Shown in pieces: positions 53,985-64,000 of a stretch of DNA of 64,000 nt. This DNA comes from Rhodosorus marinus CCMP1338 (lineage: Eukaryota > Plantae > Rhodophyta): the NCBI GenBank assembly GCA_029953675.1, contig JAMWBK010000010.1, forward strand, positions 744,001 to 808,000, written 5' to 3'. A model generated the notes under the pieces. That model was not told the origin of the DNA, ran no database searches, and worked only from the letters and a program-made list of their open reading frames with translations. A program made the translations under genes and the position numbers. Position 1 is the first letter of the stretch. Each line of letters begins with the position of its first letter.

Positions 53985-54609
53985 CAGCTTACAGTCCCCG
54001 TCCCACCATCTGAAGCCATTAGTTGGCGAACTGCTACCTAACCAATCCAATCATATCTCTTATACTTATAAGCCGATGGTATTTCACCAATTGATATCCA
54101 TAACCTTCTCTAAATTCATGTTAGCAGATATAATTTGATAATACATAGACCAATTGAAACGCTTAAAATTTTAAACAACCAATACAAGAAGGAAAAGTAT
54201 GCCTATTGACTTGTATACACCAATTATGGTGCTTATATTATTAATGTTTCGATAATTTGTGTATCGGCGTGGGTGTCCCGGTTTTTGATTTTTTGCCTTT
54301 TGGGGTTGGGGGAAGACGAACAAGTGCTGTGGTTGAATTTCTGTGATCTCTGCAGGCATTTTTTTTGGGGGGTGGGGTTTGGGAATAGCTGGCTTTGCAG
54401 AAGCTTGTTTTGTTTTGTTTGAGTTCTTCTCTTGGCTATTGAAGCTTATGTGAACGTTTTGTTGCTTTGTTTATTGTGCGAATTCAGTTAGATGTTTTTC
54501 TTGTCGTCAGTTATGGATCAGCGAGGATTTTCTTATCTGACTGATGAGGATGCCTGGGAGTCGATGAGTGACTTGCTTATTGGAGTTTAAGAATTCGGGT
54601 GCTTGTTTC

Positions 54610-54639
54610 GTGTGTGTGTGTGTGTGTATGTGTGTGTGT
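54610..54639. repeat. (GT)n microsatellite with one interruption
   Basis: Direct reading; upstream of the ARF-GEF start. Confidence 0.85.
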
Positions 54640-54740
54640 TTCCCCCTTTTTTATTTTTCGCGCTCTGTTGCTGTTTTCGGGAACGTTTTGCGCTTCTATT
54701 TGCTTTGTGATTTTTGGTATTGGGGTTGTGGGGCCTTGGT

Positions 54741-57700
54741 ATGGATGCAACGGTGCTTGTGGCGTCGGGACATGCACGAGAGTTGCTGACACAGCTGAGG
54801 AGGAATTCGAGGTTTTCCGAATGGGGAGCTTCGTTCTCGTCGTCAAAGGAAGGAAAGCCTTTATCGCCCCTGGTACAGTCAGGCAGACTGCGAAAAGGAC
54901 TGCATCCAACGGAGCATCGATTCGTTCAGGACCTTAAGCATGTTAGAAGAGCACCAGGACATTCGAATCTGCTCCTCATGCTGCAGCCCTTTCTTGAAAT
55001 CATCCAATCTCCCGAGGCCAATGGGGTATGTTCCCTTCGTATCAAGCAGGCCGGATCCCAATAGATGACATCAGCGCGGAGAAAACCGTCGACGATCTGC
55101 TTTTACACGTCTGAGGCTGAAAATGTTCAAGTCTGATCTTCGGATTGCAGGTGATCACTTCCGCAGCTCTAAGAGCAGTGGTGGACATACTGGGAAGTGT
55201 ACAGGAAATCTCTGAGGTTCACAAAGTAGTAGGGAATGTGGTGGAAGCTGTGCATTCTTGTCGTTTCGAACCCACGGATGCCAGCGTAGACGAATTGGTC
55301 CTCTCCCGGATAGTCGAGGTAACGCAAATCGACGAACCAAGAAGCTCTAGAATTCTCGGGAAATGGGATATTTGTTTTCTGAGCCGCGCCTGTAACCCAA
55401 CGATCAAAAATTTCTGGTATTGCTTCTTTTTCAAGGTTCTCTCTGTGACAGTCACCGCAGAGAACTCTCCAGTATTATTTGATGAAATTATTCTTGCCGC
55501 GTTTGAGACATGTTTTCGTTTGTCAACCATCAAAAGAGCGACGGCGCTGCTCGTATCGGCGGCGACGAGAGAGCTCTCGTCCATAGTCGCTGCTGCCGTG
55601 AAATCACAGGTCTTAGAATCCAACAATTCTTCCTTGCATTTGCCTGCCGACTACTTTCGAAAACGCTTGAGGTCGAAAGGAAATGCTACGTTCGACTTTG
55701 AGAGAGACAAACTTAATCAAGAGCGGAGTTGTAGCTCCTATCCGCTGAGGGCGATGTTGCTGTTTGCCTCTTGCTTGGTGAGCAGGTCAAAGGGAGAAAA
55801 TGGGCACTGAATACGAAGAATATCTCGCTGACCATTCGCGTGCTGTCGTCGCTCTTGATTCTGCAGGTTGACCCGGCAATGAAGCTATCTGCATCGTTGA
55901 GAATGACAGGTCTCCAAATCCTGAACACAGCATTGACAACAAAGCATCGGAATGAAAAGGGTACTAGCGCTCTGTTGGCAGATTCAGAGATACGTGATTT
56001 TCTCTTGCGAGATGTTTCCATCTCAGTATTAAGGACACTTGGGCTTGCTTCTGAGGCGAGCGTCGTCATCGCCCAGGCTTTTACTGTAGTTAACAACCTC
56101 TTAGTCGTTCTCGGTAAGCTCATTCCTGGTTGGTCCCATTCGTTTTTGAGCACATTTGGCTGACGGGTGAAGTTGTTCGCGCATTTTTCCGCATTTTGCA
56201 GGGCCCTACGGACTGCCGTTGTTGGAAACTTTACTGCTGCGCGTGTTCCCATCTTATGTCGACGGGTCCTCTGGTAACCTTCCAGTGACTGTGCAGAACA
56301 GAGAGGTCGGGTTGGAGGCTCTGGCATGCTTAATGTCACAACCTGGGCTGCTTTCAATGGGTTTCGCCGCGATTGATTGTGAGCTCGGCCTTTCGCATTT
56401 CACGGAGCTTTTAGCGGAAATTCTCATTCTTGAATTGAAAAGTAACTGTTTGAATGGATCACTATTGTAGGCGATCCGGTTAAGGAGGACGCGGTGGGTC
56501 CTCTTGCTGAAAAACTGGGGAAAGCTGTAGAGAATTCAATGACGGAACAGGACAGACTCATTCAGAGCGGTCCAGATGCTGTGGACGACGCAGATGAGAT
56601 CTGGAACGAAATCATTGCGCCGGGGTTTCTGTGTGCTGATGCACTGCTCTCACTAACCGATTGGCTGGAGGAGAGGGTAAATGTGAGCTCGCTTGCTTTT
56701 CTTGCCCTAATGGACTAAGCATAGGCTCTGACGCATCGTTGGTTGCCCCTTAACTGCAGAGGAATCGCTCGACCGAGGAGAGCACTGCATACACGAAGCA
56801 GATTATGGAATCGAAGCGTCATAAGGATGAAAGCGCAAAGGCAGCTGCAGCCATCAACAAACTAGGATCAAAGGCAGACGGCAGACGCGTTCTCAACCTA
56901 CTTACCGAGTACAAAATTTTTGAGGATGAGCTCATGGCTGTAAAGGGATCTGATCTCGATCGGCTAATCCCGCCGGCCGCTGAATACTTTCGAGTCACAC
57001 CGAGCCTCGACAAGAGTGTCATCGGCACGGTGCTGGGTATGTCTGTGCCTCCGCGGAATGGAATCCATGCAGGTTGAAGCGTGCTAACACCGTCTGAACC
57101 TGGTTTTCGTGTGTTCCAAAGGCGAACCTGATGAGATCTCGCGGAAATTCCTTCAAAATTATACAAACTCTTTTGACTTCACTGACAATGACATAACTAC
57201 AGCGTTGAGAATATACCTGGAGTCTTTCAGGCTCCCAGGGGAGGCGCAGAAGATTGATCGGATCATGCACAGTTTTGCTAACCGCTACATGCTACAAAAT
57301 GAATCGAAAACTGAGCTGAAGAACACGGACGTAGCATACGTGGTTGCTTTCGCTATTGTTATGCTAAATACTGACCAACACAACGACTCTGTACGCTGTT
57401 CATCCCAAGGAAGCAACAATGTGTGATAGTGAGACCCGCGTGCTTTGGAGGCTAATTTTACCCTTTTTTCCCGCAGATTAAGAAAAAAATGTCTCTGGAG
57501 GACTTCGTTAGGAACAATCGTGGGATGAACGATACGGAGGACTTCTCGAAGGAGTTCCTTCTTGAGATCTTCGAGAGCATTAACGCTCTGGAGATCAAGA
57601 TGAGCAACGAATCCGGCATTGACGAGTTGAATGAAATCCTGTGGGAGAAGATGCTCCAGAGTGCTGGATATGTATCTGCGGGTTCAAATCGAAGCATGAC

Positions 57701-60700
57701 AGAAACAAGGTGAGGAAGAACAGGACAAACGGTTCAGTGCAGTCCGCCTTTCTTGACACTCATGCTGATACTCCGTCCTTGCGTTCTTCCTCTCTATTGA
57801 TAAAAGATTCCTTCCAGAGTCTCCTCAAGCTCCAGATTCTGAGCTGTTCAATCTGTCCTGGGCACCGATCGTGAGCTCCGCGAAGATGGTATTGGCAGTG
57901 GGGACGAACGAGAACGAAGTACAGAGAGCCATTGACGGATTTTTGCGCGTTGCGAGGTATAAATTGACACGAGTTGGGAGCGACCAATGTATACACTCTT
58001 AGGCTCCTGCCCGTTCACATGGCTTTTCTTCTTTAGGTGCTCCGCTTCGTTGCATACGGACCAAGCGATTGATGAATGCGTTGCGGCGCTTTCCGAAGCC
58101 TCCGGCTTGTGCTCCAGTCCTCTTTACGGAGCAGCAGTTCGTTTTGGGGTCGATGTCCGAGCACAGCTGTCCTTTGTCGCTCTGTCTGGAATTGTACGAA
58201 ACTGTGGAGATGGTGTCAGAGAAAACGGTAATCGTTTTTGTCGAAAACATGCAAGCACGGCATAAAGAGCGTATTGAAGCGAACTCATCCTTTTGTTATG
58301 CGGTTGATGTTCAGGATGGAGCCTGTTCTTGTCTTGCGCGACGCGTCTTCAATGCTTGGGCCTCTTAAGCTCTCCCGCATTTGACGAGATGAGTGGCTAC
58401 GGTCCAGAGCTAGTAGACCTGGCCTCGATGCCCATCGCAGTCAGCCGGCTTCAACCGGACTGGTGGCCCTCTCGAATATCCGCTTTGGAGAAGGACAATG
58501 GGTCCAAGCCGATCGGTGGGCAACGCGCTGTCCGACTAGAACTAGACTTCCGGCAATATATCTGACGCGGCGAGTTTTGTTTGTTGTCAAGCTGTGAGGA
58601 GGAATCGAAACGATCCATCGAACTCCTTTTGGGCGTTGCTGGGAGTAGGAAATAATGCTGTACCAGAATCAGACAATCCATACAGATTTGCACCAGAGTA
58701 TTTGATCTGCAGAAATTCTGCCGAAGTAAGCAGATTTCATGATCCACCGCGGGAAATATCATTGTTCTCATAAATGTTTCTGGACATGGATAGGAAGAGG
58801 CCCGCAATTTGGCTCAGAAGAGTGTTGAGGCCTGCCGCCTTGATGAAATCCTAGTCACTGAGAGCCGCATTCTTCAAGATGAATCGCTCGCAGCGTATGC
58901 TAGTGCAATTCGTACATCTGCATTGACGCTTCTGAGACACAAGGTCGGTATTCACAGGGCGAACAGGAAACCAGAGCAATCCAAGTCTCTATCTAAATGA
59001 CTTTTCCGTGGAACAGGCCGATACTCGGTTCAGAGGGTCAGGAATAGTCAGTATCTTGGAGCCGATTGAGGACGCAGAAGATGACACGGAGGTAGCGAAA
59101 TACTCCGCTCTTTCGTTCCTTATGGATCTTCTCACAGAGTTGACGCTTCGGAATCGAACAAGGGTGGGCCTAGTCTGGACCCACTTTCGTGAGGTATGCG
59201 TCGGTTGACACTGATTCATAACTCATCGGAATAAGTGGCTTACCCGGGAACCTCTAACATCTTGAACCGCAATGAACAACAAGGTTACCCAATGGCTTCT
59301 TGCGGACTCCTCATCAACTACGGTTGTCACAGAGAGAGCTGCTGTGGCGCTGCTTCGAGTTTCTGTTCGGCTGCTCCACCAGGACGATGTTCGCGACGAC
59401 GTCTTGCGGGGTTTGAACCTCCTATTGAAGTTGGATCAGGACAATTTCGCGACGCTTGCACTGCCCGTTGCCGCCGGTGTTCTCCACTGTATCAGGACGC
59501 ACTCTTCACAAATTCGAAAACCGAGCGCTTGGCACACGCTGTTGTCCATCATCGAATTGTTGCAGAGGTACCTTTTTCATTGAAATCGGAGCAGCGGGTG
59601 CGTTTCCCGTGTTTTGGCAATGCGCTAACTCAGAGTTTGGTCTGACATTCAATCCGCAAAGGTTTCCTAGCCCTTGCTTGGAGCTTGGCTTTGAGTCACT
59701 GCGGTTTTTACTGCTCGATGCTGTTGAAGTCTCTGCAGTCGCACTGGAGACTTTTTCGCCTTTCATCGACGCCGTGCTTGCGTATGCTCTGTCAACATCA
59801 TCTACCGCCACGGCTTCTTTGGAGCTATTCTACGCGCTAGCCGAGAAGGTTCCATCAGTGCAGCGTGGCTACTCTGAGGTATTGACTGGGATTCCGAACG
59901 TCATAACGCGAGAATTCAGCTGCTCATTGGGTTTGGGTTCCATTTTACCGCTGTAGGACTCGCCTAGGAAGGAAGACAACTCGAGATGGGCGGAGCTCTG
60001 GAAACCACTGCTTCAGGCAATTGCTCAGGTTGTATTGCAGTCAGCAGAGTGGGAGATACGGCTTCACGCACTTGCAGTAGTTGAGCGCCTGAGCGCCGCT
60101 CAGGACGGTGAGAGGGCGCTGACTTCAGCCGAATATCGCCTGGCTATAGAGAATGTAGTTCTGCCCATGGTTGCTACCGTCTTCGACACGACAAAGGCCA
60201 ATTCCACGGCCGAATTCTCGTTCAAGATCCGGCAGAAGGCTGTGACGCTTGTTCTGAAAACTTTTCTGCAGCACCACGTTGGGCTTTACAACGACCTAAC
60301 GAGGGAACAATTTGCACAGCTGTGGCTAACGATTCTGGAAGGTACCGCGGGGAACCTGGACAACGCCAGTGACGGAGTCGCAGAGTACTTCAACGAGAGT
60401 CTTAAGAACCTCCTCCTCGTAAGTGTATATGGTCCACACACTTGAAGTCTTTTTCGTTAAGCCCACTAATGCTGGAGGACGGTTTTGATTGATTGGCCTC
60501 AGGTAATGGAAACTAACGAGGTGCTTACAAGGAGTGACACCGTCCTCTGGGAAAAGACCGCTACTTCCATCAAGAAATGGCTTCCGTCACTATACGAGGA
60601 GAAGTTCATGGATACTGAGCCAGATAAACTAATCCAAGAGGTTCCCGACGCGCAACTGCTACCTGTTGAAGAAGACGAACAGGTAGACCCGGCAACACTT

Positions 60701-60748
60701 TGCTTCCTTTCTTTTGATGTCGCGCTGGTAAGGGTTGTTGACAAGTGA
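54741..60748 (+). CDS. GBF1: Large Sec7 ARF guanine-nucleotide exchange factor, GBF1/GNOM type, multi-exon
   Basis: DCB region LQPFLEIIQSPEANGVITSAAL...SCRFEPTDASVDELVL; Sec7 ALRIYLESFRLPGEAQKIDRIM...AFAIVMLNTDQHN...EDFVRNNRG; HDS-like C-terminus ESLKNLLLVM. Confidence 0.93.
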
Positions 60749-61212
60749 GTGCTCTTGCGAAGCTCAGGTCCCGGTAGCAGATGAACCAAAAGGCCCTGAG
60801 AACGGTTCCTCTAGTGCGAGTTTGCCAGAGTAGCCATGGTGCTCCCCTTCGTTTCCGTTATATTTAATGCCAGATCGTGCCTAGTCGCGATCAAGTCCAA
60901 CGGCTAGGGGCGTCAGCGACGAGTAATTTGTTTTGTCTGCGCTCTCCTTGGACGTGAGAATAGTGTGTCTGAGCACTTGATTCCTTAGACACGTTGCCAT
61001 GAGTGGATTGTCAATGCTAACTGATAATGAATGCTAACTCACACTACCTAAGCAACTGCACGAGTCCACCAGAAAAGAGATGAGCAGGAGCTCTATGGCT
61101 TGATCAGGACACGTCGACGCGAGTTCGCATAGCCTTATACCAGCTAGTCAACTCCGCGCTGTTGACGAGGCTGGACAACTACCCAGTCTCTCCGAGGGGA
61201 CAACCGCAGTAG

Positions 61213-61661
61213 GTAGGAAATTACAAGATATTCTTCTAAAGAAGCCTAAGGGACCTGCTACGACCTCGGCCTTCTTCCTTACTCCTGACTCGGATATCCG
61301 ACATACTGCAAGCAAAGGGGGGCAGTCGCAGTATGTAGGAAACTACCAGATATTATTCTAAAGAAGCCCCCCCAGAGGACCAGAGGGACCCTTGCTATCT
61401 CCTTGACCTTCTTCCTCACGCCTGACTTAGATATCGGACATACTGCAAGCAAGGGGGGCAATCGCAGTATGTAGGAAATTACCTTCTCAAGAAGCCAAAG
61501 GGACCCTCGCTATCACCTTGACCTTCTTCCTTACTCCCGAATTGAATATCGACATACTGCAAGCAAGGGGGGCAATCGCAGTATGTCAGGAAAGTACCAG
61601 ATATTCTTCTAAAGAAGCCAAAGGCTTGCTCGCTATCACCTTCACCTTCTTCCTCACCTGA
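61213..61661. repeat. Tandem array of about 3.6 diverged copies of a 114-136 bp unit
   Basis: Copies start near 61213, 61335, 61471 and 61585. Conserved blocks GTAGGAAA, AAGAAGCC, CCTTCTTCCT, ACATACTGCAAGCAA-G run-GCA.TCGCAGTAT. Confidence 0.92.
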
Positions 61662-62410
61662 AGTGGTGGGAATTTTGACTGATACTCTTCTAAGAATATA
61701 GAAAGCCTTCGGAAAGGGAAAAAGGGGGAGGGAGGGGGGGCGGAGTGCTTTGAAAAGCGGGAAGGGAAGCAGAGCTCTCAAATACGGAACAGGTGCGGAA
61801 CGGAAGAGTCTAAGGAAGAAGATTTACTTATTTAATTCACGAAGGAAGAGGGGGAAGATTGGAAAGCGAGCTGAGAAGGGAACTGCTAAGTTGAAAAATT
61901 ACGGATGAAGAGGTGAAGGGAGGGTTGAGAGGGAGGGGGATATTGTGAAAGTTTTGGAAGGGGGTGATTGTTGCCCTTCAAGCGCATTTTGTTTCTTGGT
62001 TCGTTTTAAGAGCCGAGAGGGTTTTCCATGGAGTAAATGCTGGTGTTTGGTTTTGTTATTTTGATACGGAATGGGTCTTCTGGGAACGGCGTTTCTGAAA
62101 TTACCTTATGTTCTCGGGTTTGAGCTTTAAGGGGGGGCGGTGAGGGGTTTTGACTGTGTTGGAAGGTTTTGCTTGAGAAGAGTGTAACATCATGAAACTA
62201 CAGGAGGCGGAAGGCAATAGATACCTTTTTGAATTACGAGTGTTATGGTTTGGGTGAGGATGATTTCTTTGAGAGTGTGGACAAAGAAGACGCGAGAGTT
62301 TTTGGACAAGGATTTCGTCCGATTTTTTGATGGGGGTCTGGTTGCCGGAGAAGAAACCAGCGGTTTGGAGTTACTCAGAAGTTGGAGAGTAGCTGTAAAA
62401 GTATAGAAAC

Positions 62411-64000
62411 ATGGGGGAAAATGAAGATCGATTCGACAAATTTGACGGGAAACCGACCTCTGATTTTAACGGATGGCTGCGGAGCCTGGAGATGCGTCTC
62501 GAGCGGGAAGGCCTTTGGGACGTTGTCAGCGATTATTTCCAATCGGAAGGTGGAAACAAGAGGTCCTCTGGAAGCCATGCGGTGATGTCTGAAACTAGAA
62601 TGGAGTCCTTTAAAGACCCCGCAGTTGTCATGAAGGAAGGAAAGGCTTCCGCGCTGATTATCGAGGCCCTAGAGGAAAGGCCCCTCGCAATCGTTAACGG
62701 TTTTCTCCGAGATCCAGTCGAGATGCTTAACCGATTGAGGGAGCAGTACTCCATAGCAGATACGTTAGTTCAGTTGGCAGTTCAGGATGAATTGTTCGCT
62801 CTGGAATATTGCGGCGGAGATATCCTCGAGTACATCGAAGAGTTCGATGGTTGCGTCAGCCGTTTGCTAATAGCGGAACCGGACTTTCCGCAGGAATTGA
62901 TTCTCAAGCAATTTTTCGAATCGCTGCGGAGCTTGTACGACACTCCGAGGCTGCATTTGCTGCGACGACAACATCTGACTGATCTGCACTGGGATAAAGT
63001 GTCGAGAATTCTCGTCGCAGAGGCAAATATTATTGCGAATCGCAGGCGGAACCGGAAGTCAACTCGCAGTGTCGCAAAAACGGGACCTTCCATCTCTAAA
63101 GTGATCACCGGGCCAGATGCATCGGACGCGGTTGCTGTTGGGGTGCTCGCGAAGAAGAAAAGCCCTGATCCGTCTCATGAAACCTCGGAGAACAACGTAA
63201 ATGAACAAAACGTCCACGAGCGAGTTCCTGTCTCTGCAACTAACTTGCAACTTGTGGAAAAGTCGAAAATGGTCGCCGCAGATGCGGGTTTGTCACAGAA
63301 TGCACTCCCGGGGCGAGAGAACGTTTCCGTAGACGAACGGAAAAGCTTGGAAGTGCCTACTCCGAAGGCACCGATTGCCGCTGAGGAAAGAACTAGTGAT
63401 CAGCAGCCCTTACCAGCGATGCAAGTTGCAGAACGTACGATGACGGCGGCACAGTCATCCCATACCGAACAGGAGCCGATTGAGGCACTGGAGTCCAGCA
63501 AGCAGGGTACAGCGGGCGAACCTGTCGCAAGCCTGAGGCTGTCACCCAAACTACGTGCCTTGCAATCGAGCAAACCTCGCGAAACAGGAAAACCCGCTGG
63601 TGCGGAGCGTTCGAGCTCGAAGTCTGTCGGTGACCAAGCTGGTCACCGACAAGTGGCAAGGGACACGCAATCGACTGACAAGAACATGGAATCCGATACA
63701 GAAAACAAGAGTCGCGTGGATTCACGTGACGTCAAGAGAGAGAGGAACATTGTCGAGCGTGAAGTACAAAAGCAACCAGTTCAGAAACCGAAACTGCCGC
63801 AATCGACGACAGCGACATGTGGAGAGCAGCGAGTAGAACCGGAACAAGGAGCTGAGGCTGATTCCGATAGTACGGAGACGGACACTAGCACGGAGAGGAA
63901 CCTGGTAGCGGAAGTTGAGCGATTGAGCGGTGGTGACAACCAGCACTCGTCCCCCGCCAAGAGCCCTAGAGCTGGTGGCTCGACTTCACAGGGAGCTACA
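62411..64000 (+). mobile_element. Ty1/Copia Gag-like ORF, open to the window end (530 codons, no stop); retroelement or domesticated gag
   Basis: MGENEDRFDKFDGKPTSDFNGWLRSLEMRLEREGLWDVV...KASALIIEAL...EMLNRLREQY...LFALEY...DILEYIEEFDGCVSRL...FFESL...LHWDKVSRILVAE matches the Copia gag (UBN2/Retrotran_gag_2) pattern; followed by about 320 aa of low-complexity sequence. Confidence 0.8.

Noticed and set aside
61213-61661. CRISPR-like appearance of the tandem array
   Set aside because: Inter-core sequences are homologous rather than unique spacers, units exceed 110 bp, there are no cas genes, and the context is eukaryotic.

Overview
Gene-dense eukaryotic nuclear DNA with short GT-AG introns (about 40-190 nt), most consistent with a red alga. 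Evidence: a nuclear, intron-containing pebB and several cyanobacterial-type genes carry N-terminal extensions with an early Phe and no signal peptide, implying a primary plastid. About 26 protein-coding genes can be supported. Recognisable ones include MRT4, ELP5, phosducin-like, Nup107, App1-like phosphatase, UGPase, SQT1/AAMP, HI0933 flavoprotein, septin, BCKDH E1-beta, PebB, a PA-TM-RING E3, a BSD protein, DHFR-TS, a B12-binding-type radical SAM protein, mL50-like, a DEAD-box helicase and a GBF1/GNOM ARF-GEF. Several genes are hidden or fragmented in the ORF track and were rebuilt by hand. These are: (1) a stand-alone DHFR sharing both intron positions with the DHFR half of the DHFR-TS fusion 20 kb away; (2) a 128-aa FabZ/ApeI-like dehydratase with Gln at the catalytic Glu position; (3) a Copia Gag-like ORF open to the window end, with no zinc knuckle or pol motifs (candidate domesticated Gag); (4) a REDIC1/C12orf40-like gene; (5) a TSET small subunit (TSPOON/LOLITA-like); (6) a 274-aa beta-barrel channel candidate. 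No rRNA, tRNA or CRISPR array was found. All assignments come from motif recognition by eye, not database searches; internal exon boundaries are given only where checked for frame.
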